A stretch of 32,053 nucleotides of DNA from Methanobacteriota archaeon (GCA_002726845.1 PBSP01000094.1:1-32053); one strand, 5' to 3'; positions 8,278 to 17,536 are shown, counted from the first letter of the stretch. The notes: generated from the letters alone by a model not told the origin. Program-made: numbers and translations.

Positions 8278-9141
8278 ATGCTGGGAGAAACTGGTGGTGC
8301 ATGGCTCGATCGCCTGCACATGCAACTTGCAAGAGAACTTCGAGGCCAAGGCTGGTCGCAAATGAACATCGCATCCATGCTTGGATCAACACAAAGCACG
8401 ATTTCGAGACAATATCAAAAATCAATGCTTGCTTTGCCCGGTTCGGCAGATGAACTCACAGTTGATGGATGGGCTAAGGAACTCGCAGGAGGACTGCTCT
8501 CTGTAGGACAGTCTGAAGAACTGCTTCGGCAACGTTTTATTGTCGAGTTCCAGTTTACAGGCAATCAAGTCCTACGGTTCGACAAAACACTTACCGGTTT
8601 GGATTTAGAAGTCGACCAAAACGAGCACGCATTGATTCGCCGATTGGAATGGGCCATAGGTCGTCTTGACTCCAAGTTACTCTTACCCGTTCTTCCGAAG
8701 GTTGGCCTCAACATCGCTGCCTGCTTGAACTCAGCCACCTCCCCGTCGGAAGTTGCCGCCGTACCGGGTAAAATAACCTCCGTCGAAGGTGAATTACGAA
8801 CACACAGCAAACCACAATTCGGGTCTTCAAACCACCTCGCTAAATTGCTGCTCGATGCAAAAAAGAACGATTCGTCCAAATCTGCAATTATCAACATCCG
8901 CCCTCCCGGTGACCATGAAGGAACCGACATTGATGCCGTTCAGGAAGCGTGCAACCAATTGAACTGGGAATTGGCGGATGCCGTTCGTGGAGGAATCGAA
9001 GATTCTGGTTCACAAATAGACGTCATCCTGGATATCGGTGACTTTGGATGGGAACCCTCGCTCTATGTTCTCGCAGGAAGTCCCCTCGAAGCAGTAGACC
9101 GTTGCCATGCTCTCATCACCACACTCGGGGGGATTGAATGA
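8278..9141 (+). CDS. thiR: ThiR-type transcriptional regulator (N-terminal HTH plus ThiN thiamine-phosphate-synthase-like domain)
   Basis: N-terminal HTH (GWSQMNIASMLGSTQSTISRQ); ThiN-like motifs PKVGLNIA, VAAVPGKI, PQFGSSNHLA, INIR, DIGDFGWEP; first gene of a thiamine ABC operon. Confidence 0.82.
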   Translation: MLGETGGAWLDRLHMQLARELRGQGWSQMNIASMLGSTQSTISRQYQKSMLALPGSADELTVDGWAKELAGGLLSVGQSEELLRQRFIVEFQFTGNQVLRFDKTLTGLDLEVDQNEHALIRRLEWAIGRLDSKLLLPVLPKVGLNIAACLNSATSPSEVAAVPGKITSVEGELRTHSKPQFGSSNHLAKLLLDAKKNDSSKSAIINIRPPGDHEGTDIDAVQEACNQLNWELADAVRGGIEDSGSQIDVILDIGDFGWEPSLYVLAGSPLEAVDRCHALITTLGGIE

Positions 9142-10265
9142 TTCGCGTCAGTCTTATCCTTTCCGTACTTTTGCTTGCACCGTTATCGGGTTGTTTGGAC
9201 AGCAGCCAATCCGCCTTGGAAAGTGTTGAATCTCCAGATGACTGTGTCGTGTATACAGGAGATGACGATAACACACTGAAAATTCTCACGTACGACTCGC
9301 TCGCCATCAGCGATGAAGTACTTAGTGAATTTACCAACCAAAGTGGCTACCAAGTAGAGTTGATCCGTGGTGACGATGCAGGTAGTGTGCTTGAGAAAAT
9401 GATGCTGGCAAAGGATGCACCGCAAGCTGACCTCGCCATAGGGCTTGACAATACCTACTTGCAAACCGCTCTTAACAACTGCTTGATTGCACCACACAAT
9501 GCAACGGTTCCTGATTTGAACCCGCTTGCTCTGGTCCCATATGCAGGGGATAGAGCAGTTCCGTTTGACCACGGTTACATTTGCCTAAACGTTGATACAA
9601 GTGCGTTAGAAGAAAACAACCTTTCGATTCCAACGAGTCTTGAGGAGTTGACCGATGAAGCATGGCGTGGTCGTACGGCGTTTCCAAGCCCAACGACATC
9701 CTCGCCTGGACGAGTCTTCATGACTGCTACCATCGATTATTTTGAACAAATGGATTCAATCGATGCAATGCGATGGTGGGAAGACATGGCAGACAACGAT
9801 GCGATCTTCACGACTGGTTGGTCCGAAGCGTATGAAATCCATTACAGCGGAGGCTACGGTGTTTGGGAGGAAGGCCACATTGGCGATGCGTGGTTGACGG
9901 TCTCGTATTGTCACTCGCCTGGAGTTGAAGCCTACTTCGGAGGAAACTCGACCATTTCCAAATCCGTGATAATCGATTATGCATCCTTCCACCAAGTAGA
10001 ATACGCAGCTAAAATCAACGGTGGAGGCGATGCCGCAGCAGTTGATGAATTCATTGAGTTCTTACTGAGTGAAGAAGTCAACGTTGAGATGCCGTTTTAC
10101 AACTACATGTATCCAGTCCTCGAAGGTCAAGATTTACCAGAAACCGATGGATATCGATATCATAGCCCAATACCGTCCACTCCAGCAGAAGTCTCAAACG
10201 AACGAATCGCTGAAGAGATGGACGACTGGTTAGCAGCATGGAGAACGGCAACCGATTACATTTGA
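9138..10265 (+). CDS. thiB: thiamine ABC transporter substrate-binding lipoprotein
   Basis: Signal peptide with lipobox LSGC; TYDS, GDDAG, GLDNTY, PFDHGY, PTTSSPG, WSEAY, VSY..SP, QVEYA motifs of TbpA/ThiB; ATGA overlap with thiR. Confidence 0.9.
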   Translation: MIRVSLILSVLLLAPLSGCLDSSQSALESVESPDDCVVYTGDDDNTLKILTYDSLAISDEVLSEFTNQSGYQVELIRGDDAGSVLEKMMLAKDAPQADLAIGLDNTYLQTALNNCLIAPHNATVPDLNPLALVPYAGDRAVPFDHGYICLNVDTSALEENNLSIPTSLEELTDEAWRGRTAFPSPTTSSPGRVFMTATIDYFEQMDSIDAMRWWEDMADNDAIFTTGWSEAYEIHYSGGYGVWEEGHIGDAWLTVSYCHSPGVEAYFGGNSTISKSVIIDYASFHQVEYAAKINGGGDAAAVDEFIEFLLSEEVNVEMPFYNYMYPVLEGQDLPETDGYRYHSPIPSTPAEVSNERIAEEMDDWLAAWRTATDYI

Positions 10266-10274
10266 GTTGACGAC

Positions 10275-12002
10275 ATGAGATCAACCGTTGTTCGAACGGT
10301 TCCCGTCGTTCTCTATCTCTCAATGATTTTGTTGCCGCTTCTTTTTGCTGTCGATCGTTTAATGCTCGTTACAGGCTCAAACCCTGTTGAATCGGTATTC
10401 CAAATCGATGAACACCCCTTCGGCTCTGATGCTGTCAAGTTTACATTTGTTCAAGCATTTTTATCCGCAATTCTCACGTTGCTCATTGGTCTTCCAATCG
10501 CTTGGTGGCTTGGGCGTTACCAATGGAAGCACATCGGTGTTGTACGTGCAGCGTTGACCTTGCCGTTTGTTACTCCGTCGATTGTTGCGGCTATGGGTTT
10601 CCTTGCTTTAATCAAAAATGGGGGCCTCCTCCACTCAATTGGAATCGATTTGCGAACCGAAACGGGGATTATAGGCTCCTTATCATCAACCATCGGCGTT
10701 GAGAACTCAGGCCACATTATTGCCCTCCTTGTTGCACATGCTTGGTTTAATCTTGCACTCGTTATCCGATTTGTTGAACCCAGAATTGCAACACTTCCAC
10801 CTCGATACGAGGATGCTTTTCGTATGCTTCCAGTTGGAAAAACACCCTTCGACCGCCTCGCAAAGTTTTGGTGGCCTATGCTGAAAATACCGATACTTTC
10901 TGCGTTTACCTTCACGTTTCTTTTCTCATTCACTTCCTTTGCTCTCGTCAGGTGGCTTGCTCCTGACATGTGGACGCTGGAAGCCCTCATGGCAACCGTA
11001 GGTGGATCAGCCGGAATCCCAGGATACCGCGTTGAAGTCAGTCGCTTCATCCTTGGCGCAGCCACATTACAAGCAATTGTTCTCATCGCAGCGCTCGGTC
11101 TTACAAGCCGTATGCAACAACGGAATTTCCAAGAAACCGAAATTGTATCGGAAGGGTTCTCTCGCACCATGAACGGTCAACCAGGTCTTTTGCCAAAAAT
11201 TGGCGTCTTTATGGCTACAATCTTTGCACTCGCTCCACTGGTATTCATGGCGCTCTCTTCGGTCCGAATTCGGAATCGTACAACGGATTCTTATCGCTGG
11301 AGCCTCGAAGCATGGGAATATGCCTTTCAAGGAGACTTGTCGTATGTTTCGGTTCCAGAGGCACTTACCAACTCGCTTGTTTACGCGACGGGATGCCTGC
11401 TCATATCATGCACACTCGGTTTCTTCGTCGCACACAGCATCCATACTCTGGAGAAACAAAATCGAAAGAAGCTTGCTCAGACCATCGATGTACTTTCCAT
11501 GCTTCCTCTGGCTTTGTCAGGGGTGATGGTCGGTCTCGGAGTCCTTCTCGGCACCCTCAAGATTTGGCCAGAACTTTTCAACTTCTATGGTTTACCCATA
11601 CTGCCCCATGCAATGCTGACGACACCCTTCGTCATCCGGATTTTACTTCCTGCAATGCGAGAAATCGATCCCGATTACGAAGCGATGGGAATGGTTCTTG
11701 GATTCAATGCAATTCAACGATTTTTCAAGATTAAAATTCCCTTGTTAAAACCACAAATCGTTGTTGCCTCAGCACTTTCTATGGCCTTCTCTCTTGGTGA
11801 ATTCGGCGCCTCATGGGTCCTCTTGCGCAGCGGAGCATGGGACACATTACCCGTCTTGGTTGACCAACTTATGTCTAGACCAAAATACTTCGAATTGGTG
11901 ACACCCATAGCAATGGCAAGCGCCACAGTCCTCATGTGCACAACCTTCCTATTGTTTGTTATCGCTGAACGGTTTCGCACGCACAAAGGAGGGGGTTTCT
12001 GA
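10275..12002 (+). CDS. thiP: thiamine ABC transporter permease
   Basis: 575-aa permease with two modules: FTFVQAFLSA, LPFVTPSIV, AHAWFNLALVIR, FLFSFTSF, AFSLGEFGA; lies between thiB and the ATPase. Confidence 0.88.
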   Translation: MRSTVVRTVPVVLYLSMILLPLLFAVDRLMLVTGSNPVESVFQIDEHPFGSDAVKFTFVQAFLSAILTLLIGLPIAWWLGRYQWKHIGVVRAALTLPFVTPSIVAAMGFLALIKNGGLLHSIGIDLRTETGIIGSLSSTIGVENSGHIIALLVAHAWFNLALVIRFVEPRIATLPPRYEDAFRMLPVGKTPFDRLAKFWWPMLKIPILSAFTFTFLFSFTSFALVRWLAPDMWTLEALMATVGGSAGIPGYRVEVSRFILGAATLQAIVLIAALGLTSRMQQRNFQETEIVSEGFSRTMNGQPGLLPKIGVFMATIFALAPLVFMALSSVRIRNRTTDSYRWSLEAWEYAFQGDLSYVSVPEALTNSLVYATGCLLISCTLGFFVAHSIHTLEKQNRKKLAQTIDVLSMLPLALSGVMVGLGVLLGTLKIWPELFNFYGLPILPHAMLTTPFVIRILLPAMREIDPDYEAMGMVLGFNAIQRFFKIKIPLLKPQIVVASALSMAFSLGEFGASWVLLRSGAWDTLPVLVDQLMSRPKYFELVTPIAMASATVLMCTTFLLFVIAERFRTHKGGGF

Positions 12003-12646
12003 TGGGTTTAACGATTCAAGATCTCAATGTTTCCTTCGGTCACGAAAATGTCATTTCCAAGCTCAATCTTGAACTTGACACGAGTGAGATTATAGCGATT
12101 TTAGGCCCGAGTGGTTGTGGAAAAACCACACTGTTGCGCACCATTGCAGGCCTACAGACTCAAAGTTCTGGACGAATTACTCTGAATGGAGAACGTATTG
12201 ATGCCATACCTTGTGAAAGTAGAGGAATTGGAATGTTGTTTCAGCGACCTGTTTTGTTCCCGTTCAAGGACCTACTGGGCAACATTCTCTTTGCCTATCA
12301 AAAAAAGAATCAAAGAGATATGAATGATGTTCGTTCTGTGATACAGGAAATGGGTTTAGAAGGAAAGGAACATCAGGCCATTGAGACTCTTTCGGGCGGT
12401 GAAGCACAACGTGTTGTTCTTGCCCGAGCACTTCTAACAAAACCAAGATTACTTCTTCTCGACGAACCATTGTCTGCACTTGATGTCGATCTTCGACGTA
12501 AGATCGCCAAAGAAATGCGTTCAACATTAAAAACAAGAGGCATTCCGGCGATTCACGTCACGCACGATCCCATTGAGGCAGAAATAATCGGCGATCGCGT
12601 CATCCACTGGACCGATTTACAACCTGGTGGTGACGATGAAGAGTAA
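12002..12646 (+). CDS. thiQ: thiamine ABC transporter ATP-binding protein
   Basis: Walker A GPSGCGKT, signature LSGGEAQR, Walker B LLLLDEP, H-loop VTHD; TGATG coupling with thiP. Confidence 0.85.
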   Translation: MGLTIQDLNVSFGHENVISKLNLELDTSEIIAILGPSGCGKTTLLRTIAGLQTQSSGRITLNGERIDAIPCESRGIGMLFQRPVLFPFKDLLGNILFAYQKKNQRDMNDVRSVIQEMGLEGKEHQAIETLSGGEAQRVVLARALLTKPRLLLLDEPLSALDVDLRRKIAKEMRSTLKTRGIPAIHVTHDPIEAEIIGDRVIHWTDLQPGGDDEE

Positions 12647-13388
12647 ATTGTTCAACAGCAAACCTTGGAGGCTGTGGAAACCAGCTTGGAACATACGCAA
12701 CAGAAATCTGCTCTTTACATCCTATATTGGCGTTTTTTTCCTATTGTTCATGGGAATCTCATACGGACTCATCAACAGGTTTTCCAGTGAATTAGGTCGG
12801 ACTGCTTTTGATCCTCAATTGTCTTTTGACGATGCGATTCCTTACATCGCAATACTCAATTTAGCATATTTTTCATTCTACTCCTATTATGTCCTCATTC
12901 CATTTTTTGCTAACAATGAAATGCAACAAAAGTGTGCTATCGTTTTTTCTCAACAATTGTTTGTTGCAACGATTCCCGCGTTTTTCATCTTCCTGCTCTT
13001 TCCGGTTGAAGTGGATTTGAGATCTGATGTAGTTGGAGATGATGTTCTTACATATCTCCTCACGCTCATTCACAACGTCGATCAAGCCTACAACGCATGG
13101 CCCAGTTTGCATGTAGCACACAGCCTATGCGTTGTCCTGAGCGTACCGATTATAGTTCAGACAAATCGGGTGTATCTTGCACTACTTTGGTTCGGATGGA
13201 TTTTGCTCACCGTGTCTGCGATGACAACTCAACAACACTACCTCTTCGACGTCATCACCGGTATTGTGTACGGACTTTTTGTTCACAGCCTTTTGATTCG
13301 ACCAGCAATCACAAAGTGTCTAAGGAACGAATTTGATCAGACGTTTGAGGAATTTCATGTCGAGCCGAAATTGCCTGAGGTCAAATAA
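12636..13388 (+). CDS. PAP2-superfamily integral membrane phosphatase/phosphotransferase
   Basis: NAWPSLH and QHYLFDV motifs with about 6 TM segments; ATG 12636 is preceded by GGTGGTGA and overlaps the end of thiQ. Confidence 0.8.
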   Translation: MKSKLFNSKPWRLWKPAWNIRNRNLLFTSYIGVFFLLFMGISYGLINRFSSELGRTAFDPQLSFDDAIPYIAILNLAYFSFYSYYVLIPFFANNEMQQKCAIVFSQQLFVATIPAFFIFLLFPVEVDLRSDVVGDDVLTYLLTLIHNVDQAYNAWPSLHVAHSLCVVLSVPIIVQTNRVYLALLWFGWILLTVSAMTTQQHYLFDVITGIVYGLFVHSLLIRPAITKCLRNEFDQTFEEFHVEPKLPEVK

Positions 13389-14851
13389 GCGAAAAAGGCG
13401 GATACCGCCTCAGGTTGAGTCAGGTATAACGTTAAACCAATACCTGCCATAATCATCATCCATGAACCGACCATCTTGATCATGCCTGTCATTCGGCGAA
13501 GGAAATTGATCATTACTTGTCGACCAAACCCAACCAAAACGGTAACGAGAATCATCAAGATTAGCAAACCGAGCATTAATCCAGACAATCCAGAGACGGT
13601 TGCAGTTGTTCCAAGCGTACCAAGGAAAATCACGAACGGTAGAACTGCCGCAGCTGTACAGTCAATGGAGGCGGCGGCATAGCCAATTCCGTACAAGTAC
13701 ATGTTTCGACGTGGAGTGAAGGTTTCGTCCATTTCGGTTGTGGACCAGCGGTCGACAAGTTTCTGAACGAAACCAAGGACATGCGAAGTGATACCGAGCA
13801 ACATGATTGAACCCAGAACAATAAGCAACAAAGCGATTGCAATGGCGATGTAATGCACCATTCCTGATTGTGCAAATGCCTCTCCCATTGCGAACGCAAC
13901 AATTCCTATGACGATAAAGAAGGTCCACATCCCCAATCCTGCAAGGATACCAATAACCCAAGAGGAAGGCATTCCATTCTTCAGTTTACCTTCCTTGATG
14001 AGTTCGTCTTCTCTCGCACCGAGATTAAGATAGTAGGAAATGAAACCAGGCAAAACAGGGAATGCGCACGGTGAGAAATATACCAAAATCGAGAGAATCA
14101 TTCCAAGAACAAAGACAGCAACGAACGATGTAGAGGGTTCTTCCCAGGCAATCCGGTCATCCATGGTCAAACTCACATTTCCTGTGAGCGCAAGGTCAAC
14201 TGCTTCATTGAATTCCCCCCATCCTCCAATGGGTGTACCAGTAGCTTGTCGTTCGATGATGTAACCCTCAACATCGATGACCATCACAACTGGGATCTGA
14301 CCAGTTCCTGCAGTGGTGAACAACTGCTTGGGATCGGATGTGGAACCGTCCTCGAGTATTGCTGCTTCCGTTGAACCCAAACCGGTTGGGTAAAGTGGTA
14401 CAGTATATTCACCGGCCGATGTGCCTAGATAACTAAGCGCTTCATCGTACCACGCACCATACGCAATGATGTGAAAGCCAACGCCGTTTTCTTCAGCCGT
14501 TTCTTGCCAACCGGACATTTCGCTCTCAAGATGCTCTTGGACGTAATGACAACTACCACAATCGCGTGCCATAAGATCGAGGATAATGACATCCCCTCGA
14601 AGTTCAGACAGTCGGATCTGGCCGTCTGAATTCGTAATATTCTCCTCAATTCCTGCCCGATTTAAACTGTCGATAACGATATCCGGAATTGGAGCAGGTT
14701 CGGCATCCGACTCGAAAATTTCATCCATGCTATCGAACAAAGACAATCCCGCGAATGCAATAACACCGAAGAGAACAACTGCGACACCAAACGCTTTCCA
14801 CGTCTCAGAGCGCTTGAACACACTCCAATCGGCTTGTTCAAGCATCCCCAT
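13355..14851 (-). CDS. thioredoxin-like (CxxC) domain fused to a CcdA/DsbD-beta transmembrane domain
   Basis: N-terminal TM; redoxin-like LSELRGDVIILDLMARDCGSC and IPVVMVIDVEG; then about 6 TM segments with FSPCAFPVLP and a second Cys in SIDCTA, as in CcdA. Confidence 0.82.
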   Translation of the reverse strand: MGMLEQADWSVFKRSETWKAFGVAVVLFGVIAFAGLSLFDSMDEIFESDAEPAPIPDIVIDSLNRAGIEENITNSDGQIRLSELRGDVIILDLMARDCGSCHYVQEHLESEMSGWQETAEENGVGFHIIAYGAWYDEALSYLGTSAGEYTVPLYPTGLGSTEAAILEDGSTSDPKQLFTTAGTGQIPVVMVIDVEGYIIERQATGTPIGGWGEFNEAVDLALTGNVSLTMDDRIAWEEPSTSFVAVFVLGMILSILVYFSPCAFPVLPGFISYYLNLGAREDELIKEGKLKNGMPSSWVIGILAGLGMWTFFIVIGIVAFAMGEAFAQSGMVHYIAIAIALLLIVLGSIMLLGITSHVLGFVQKLVDRWSTTEMDETFTPRRNMYLYGIGYAAASIDCTAAAVLPFVIFLGTLGTTATVSGLSGLMLGLLILMILVTVLVGFGRQVMINFLRRMTGMIKMVGSWMMIMAGIGLTLYLTQPEAVSAFFAYLTSGNFGST

Positions 14852-14998
14852 AGTAGAGCCACTCTTGGGTCACAAATGAAACTAGTGTTGGTGATTATTG
14901 TATAAATTATTTCGATGAAACAATGATATCGAATTCAATACCAGAATGGAAGCAGAAAGATGCGAAACAATCGACATCTCAACAAGAGTTCTCTGGCT

Positions 14999-15691
14999 TC
15001 AGTCGCATGTTGAAAGACTCGAGATCTCTTCCAACAACCAGGCGTGAAATCGACGATCTGTAGTCAATTCAGGATGAAAGGTCACAGCACACTTTGAACC
15101 GTCGCGAACCCCAACGATTTCATCGCCGAATCGAGCGATAATCTCACATTTTATGCCTTCAGCATCAAACCGTGGTGCTCGAATGAACACGCCTGGAAAA
15201 AAACCATCACCAGATGGAGAATTTATTCCACCCACGGCCAACGGCGTATGGCCATATGCGTCTGGTTTTCGAGGAACTGCTGTCGACGTCACACCGACTT
15301 GCTGCAACGATACGTCGATTTGGGCTTCAAAGGATTGACGTTGGCGCCCCCAAGCATTGCGTGAAATCTTTGCTTGTATAAACGGGGAGCGGCCTTTGCT
15401 TGGAACTGCGAGCAAGATTGCTCCGGCGCAGGTGCCCAATACTGGTCGGTCTGGATGCGTTTCCATCCAGTCGTAAATTGAATCCAGCAGCCCTTCGTAA
15501 CGCGATGCAATGCGCATTGTTGTGGACTCACCTCCGGGTAAAATCAACCCTTGAATGCTCGAATCGAGATCTTCGGCTTTTCGCAACGGAATCACTTCCA
15601 CATCGAGATTCAAACTCACAGCGGTTGAAAGAACGGCCTCCTCGTGCTCATGGCGAGCACCTTGCAGCATCGCAAGCCCAACCCGCATCAT
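14999..15691 (-). CDS. pdxT: pyridoxal 5'-phosphate synthase glutaminase subunit
   Basis: LQGA..EH, ILPGGESTT, GTCAG nucleophile, RNAWGRQRQSFE, FIRAP, FHPE triad. Confidence 0.94.
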   Translation of the reverse strand: MMRVGLAMLQGARHEHEEAVLSTAVSLNLDVEVIPLRKAEDLDSSIQGLILPGGESTTMRIASRYEGLLDSIYDWMETHPDRPVLGTCAGAILLAVPSKGRSPFIQAKISRNAWGRQRQSFEAQIDVSLQQVGVTSTAVPRKPDAYGHTPLAVGGINSPSGDGFFPGVFIRAPRFDAEGIKCEIIARFGDEIVGVRDGSKCAVTFHPELTTDRRFHAWLLEEISSLSTCD

Positions 15692-15799
15692 ACCTGTGGC
15701 TGGAGATACCCGTCTTTAGCACCTAGCATTGATGCAAACGGAGATTTGTCTGGGGCATCCGTGCTTTGATTCAAAAACCTGAAGCGATAGCCTCGACAC

Positions 15800-16984
15800 A
15801 TGGGACACCAGGGTGATTGCTTCCTCGTCCCAGGTCCGGTCCGAATGAGTGAGGCTTGTCTGCAAGCTATGGCTACACCAGCCATTACTGCGCGAGGAAC
15901 AGAATTCCGTGACGTGATGGCCGACCTTAATTCAGGGTTGCGAACAGCATTCAATCTCACGCCGTCTTCTCGTGAGCGTGGTACTGAATCATGGTCTGGT
16001 GAAGATGGCTACAAAGTAATCGCAGTCTCTGGTAGCGGGACAGCTGCAATGGAGATGGTCATTGCCAATCGTTTTCGCCCAAACGATCGAGTGCTTGTAC
16101 CAACCAACGGAAAGTTCGGTGAGCGTGTCGCAGACATCTGCAAACAATACTGTCAAATCAAACACATCGCATACGAGTGGGGGCGCAGTTTCGATTTGAT
16201 GGAATTGGAGGAACAACTCGGACGCGGAACCTTTGAAGCGCTCCTTATTTGTCATAATGAAACAAGTTCAGGAATCACTCAAGATGCTGCAGCACTGGCA
16301 CAAATGTGTCAAGAGTACAACGTAGCATTCATCCTAGACGGGATAACCTCTGTCGGTGGACTTCCAGTGCATCCAGCATTGTGGAACGCAGAAGCTGTGG
16401 TCATGGGTGCTCAAAAATGCACAGCAGGTCCGAGCGGTATCGCCGCAATTGCCATCAACGAACATTTCGTTGAACGCGTGCATACAATACGCCAGCAGGG
16501 TGATTCAAATCCCGTTTACTACCTTGATTTGGTATCTGCAATCAAAAAAGGCGACGATGACCAGACGCCATGGACGCCTGCAATCAACCTTGCAATGGGT
16601 TGGGCGGCATCACTTCGAGAACTCGAAGATGAGGGACTTGAGAACCGATGGAATCGTTGCGCACATCTCGCGAGTGGTGTTCGGGCATTGTTTTCCGACC
16701 TCGGCTTTATGCTCTTAGCTGATGGAGGTCAACAAAGCGATACCGTTACCGCCATCATGTATCCTGAAGGTATCGACGATTCTTGGCGGAACAAACTCAA
16801 ACGAGATTATCAAACTCAAGTAATCGGTGCACAAGACCACCTCAAGGGCAAAATGTTCCGAATTGGAAGCATGGGTACAACCAGCGTTGAGGAAATGATT
16901 GAAGGGTGCAAACGAATGATTGATTGCTTCAGAGAAATGGGGCATGAACTTCCAAACGTTGATGTTGCTTCCTACTTTGCGTGA
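15800..16984 (+). CDS. class V PLP aminotransferase (alanine-glyoxylate / serine-pyruvate type)
   Basis: LVPGPV, GSGTAAME, NGKFGER, HNETSSG, DGITSVGG, PLP lysine in GAQKC, TPWTP, FRIGSMG. Confidence 0.9.
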   Translation: MGHQGDCFLVPGPVRMSEACLQAMATPAITARGTEFRDVMADLNSGLRTAFNLTPSSRERGTESWSGEDGYKVIAVSGSGTAAMEMVIANRFRPNDRVLVPTNGKFGERVADICKQYCQIKHIAYEWGRSFDLMELEEQLGRGTFEALLICHNETSSGITQDAAALAQMCQEYNVAFILDGITSVGGLPVHPALWNAEAVVMGAQKCTAGPSGIAAIAINEHFVERVHTIRQQGDSNPVYYLDLVSAIKKGDDDQTPWTPAINLAMGWAASLRELEDEGLENRWNRCAHLASGVRALFSDLGFMLLADGGQQSDTVTAIMYPEGIDDSWRNKLKRDYQTQVIGAQDHLKGKMFRIGSMGTTSVEEMIEGCKRMIDCFREMGHELPNVDVASYFA

Positions 16985-16987
16985 ATC

Positions 16988-17536
16988 ATGGGCAAAGGAA
17001 TCGTACTCGGGCGTTTTCAACCGTTTCATAACGGTCATGCCTATTTGGTTGAAACTGCACTGGATTTGTTCGATAACGTGACCATTGCGATTGGTTCGGC
17101 TCAGTATGAATGGACTGTTGACAACCCGTTCTCGGTTCAAGAAAGGACCGATATGATCAACTCTTGGTGCACATCGAACGGGCATCAAGAGCGTATTGAA
17201 ATCGTCGGAATTGAGGATCTCAACGACCCTCCGAACTGGGTTGAATACGCTACTAATCATCATGGGGAAGGGACACTCGTCACATCCGACTTGGAAACAA
17301 AACAACTCTATGAGGCGAAGAAGTTCCCAGTCACATGGGTGGATTTACACGAGCGTGAGCAATTCGAAGGCTGGCGTGTTCGTCAAACTTGTATGATGCT
17401 CTCAACCGTTTACGATGATGACGCAACACGGATGGTTCTTGCTCCAACCCTACCGCAAGCCATCATTGAGTGGCTCGTTGAAGCCGATGGCTTGTATCGG
17501 TTTTCACAAATCAACTCCAGCCCACATGCTGGTTGA
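16988..17536 (+). CDS. nicotinamide-nucleotide adenylyltransferase (archaeal NadM-like)
   Basis: GRFQPFHNGH (HxGH), IGSAQ, NPFSVQER motifs; 182 aa. Confidence 0.82.
   Translation: MGKGIVLGRFQPFHNGHAYLVETALDLFDNVTIAIGSAQYEWTVDNPFSVQERTDMINSWCTSNGHQERIEIVGIEDLNDPPNWVEYATNHHGEGTLVTSDLETKQLYEAKKFPVTWVDLHEREQFEGWRVRQTCMMLSTVYDDDATRMVLAPTLPQAIIEWLVEADGLYRFSQINSSPHAG

Noticed and set aside
10517-11170. 217-aa minus-strand ORF
   Set aside because: Antisense to the well-supported thiP permease; composition is not protein-like.
15725-15765. Imperfect inverted repeat AGCA-TT-GATGC...GCATC-CG-TGCT between pdxT and the aminotransferase
   Set aside because: Short and interrupted with no second copy seen; cannot be told apart from chance.
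16715-17305. 196-aa minus-strand ORF
   Set aside because: Antisense across two confident plus-strand genes.
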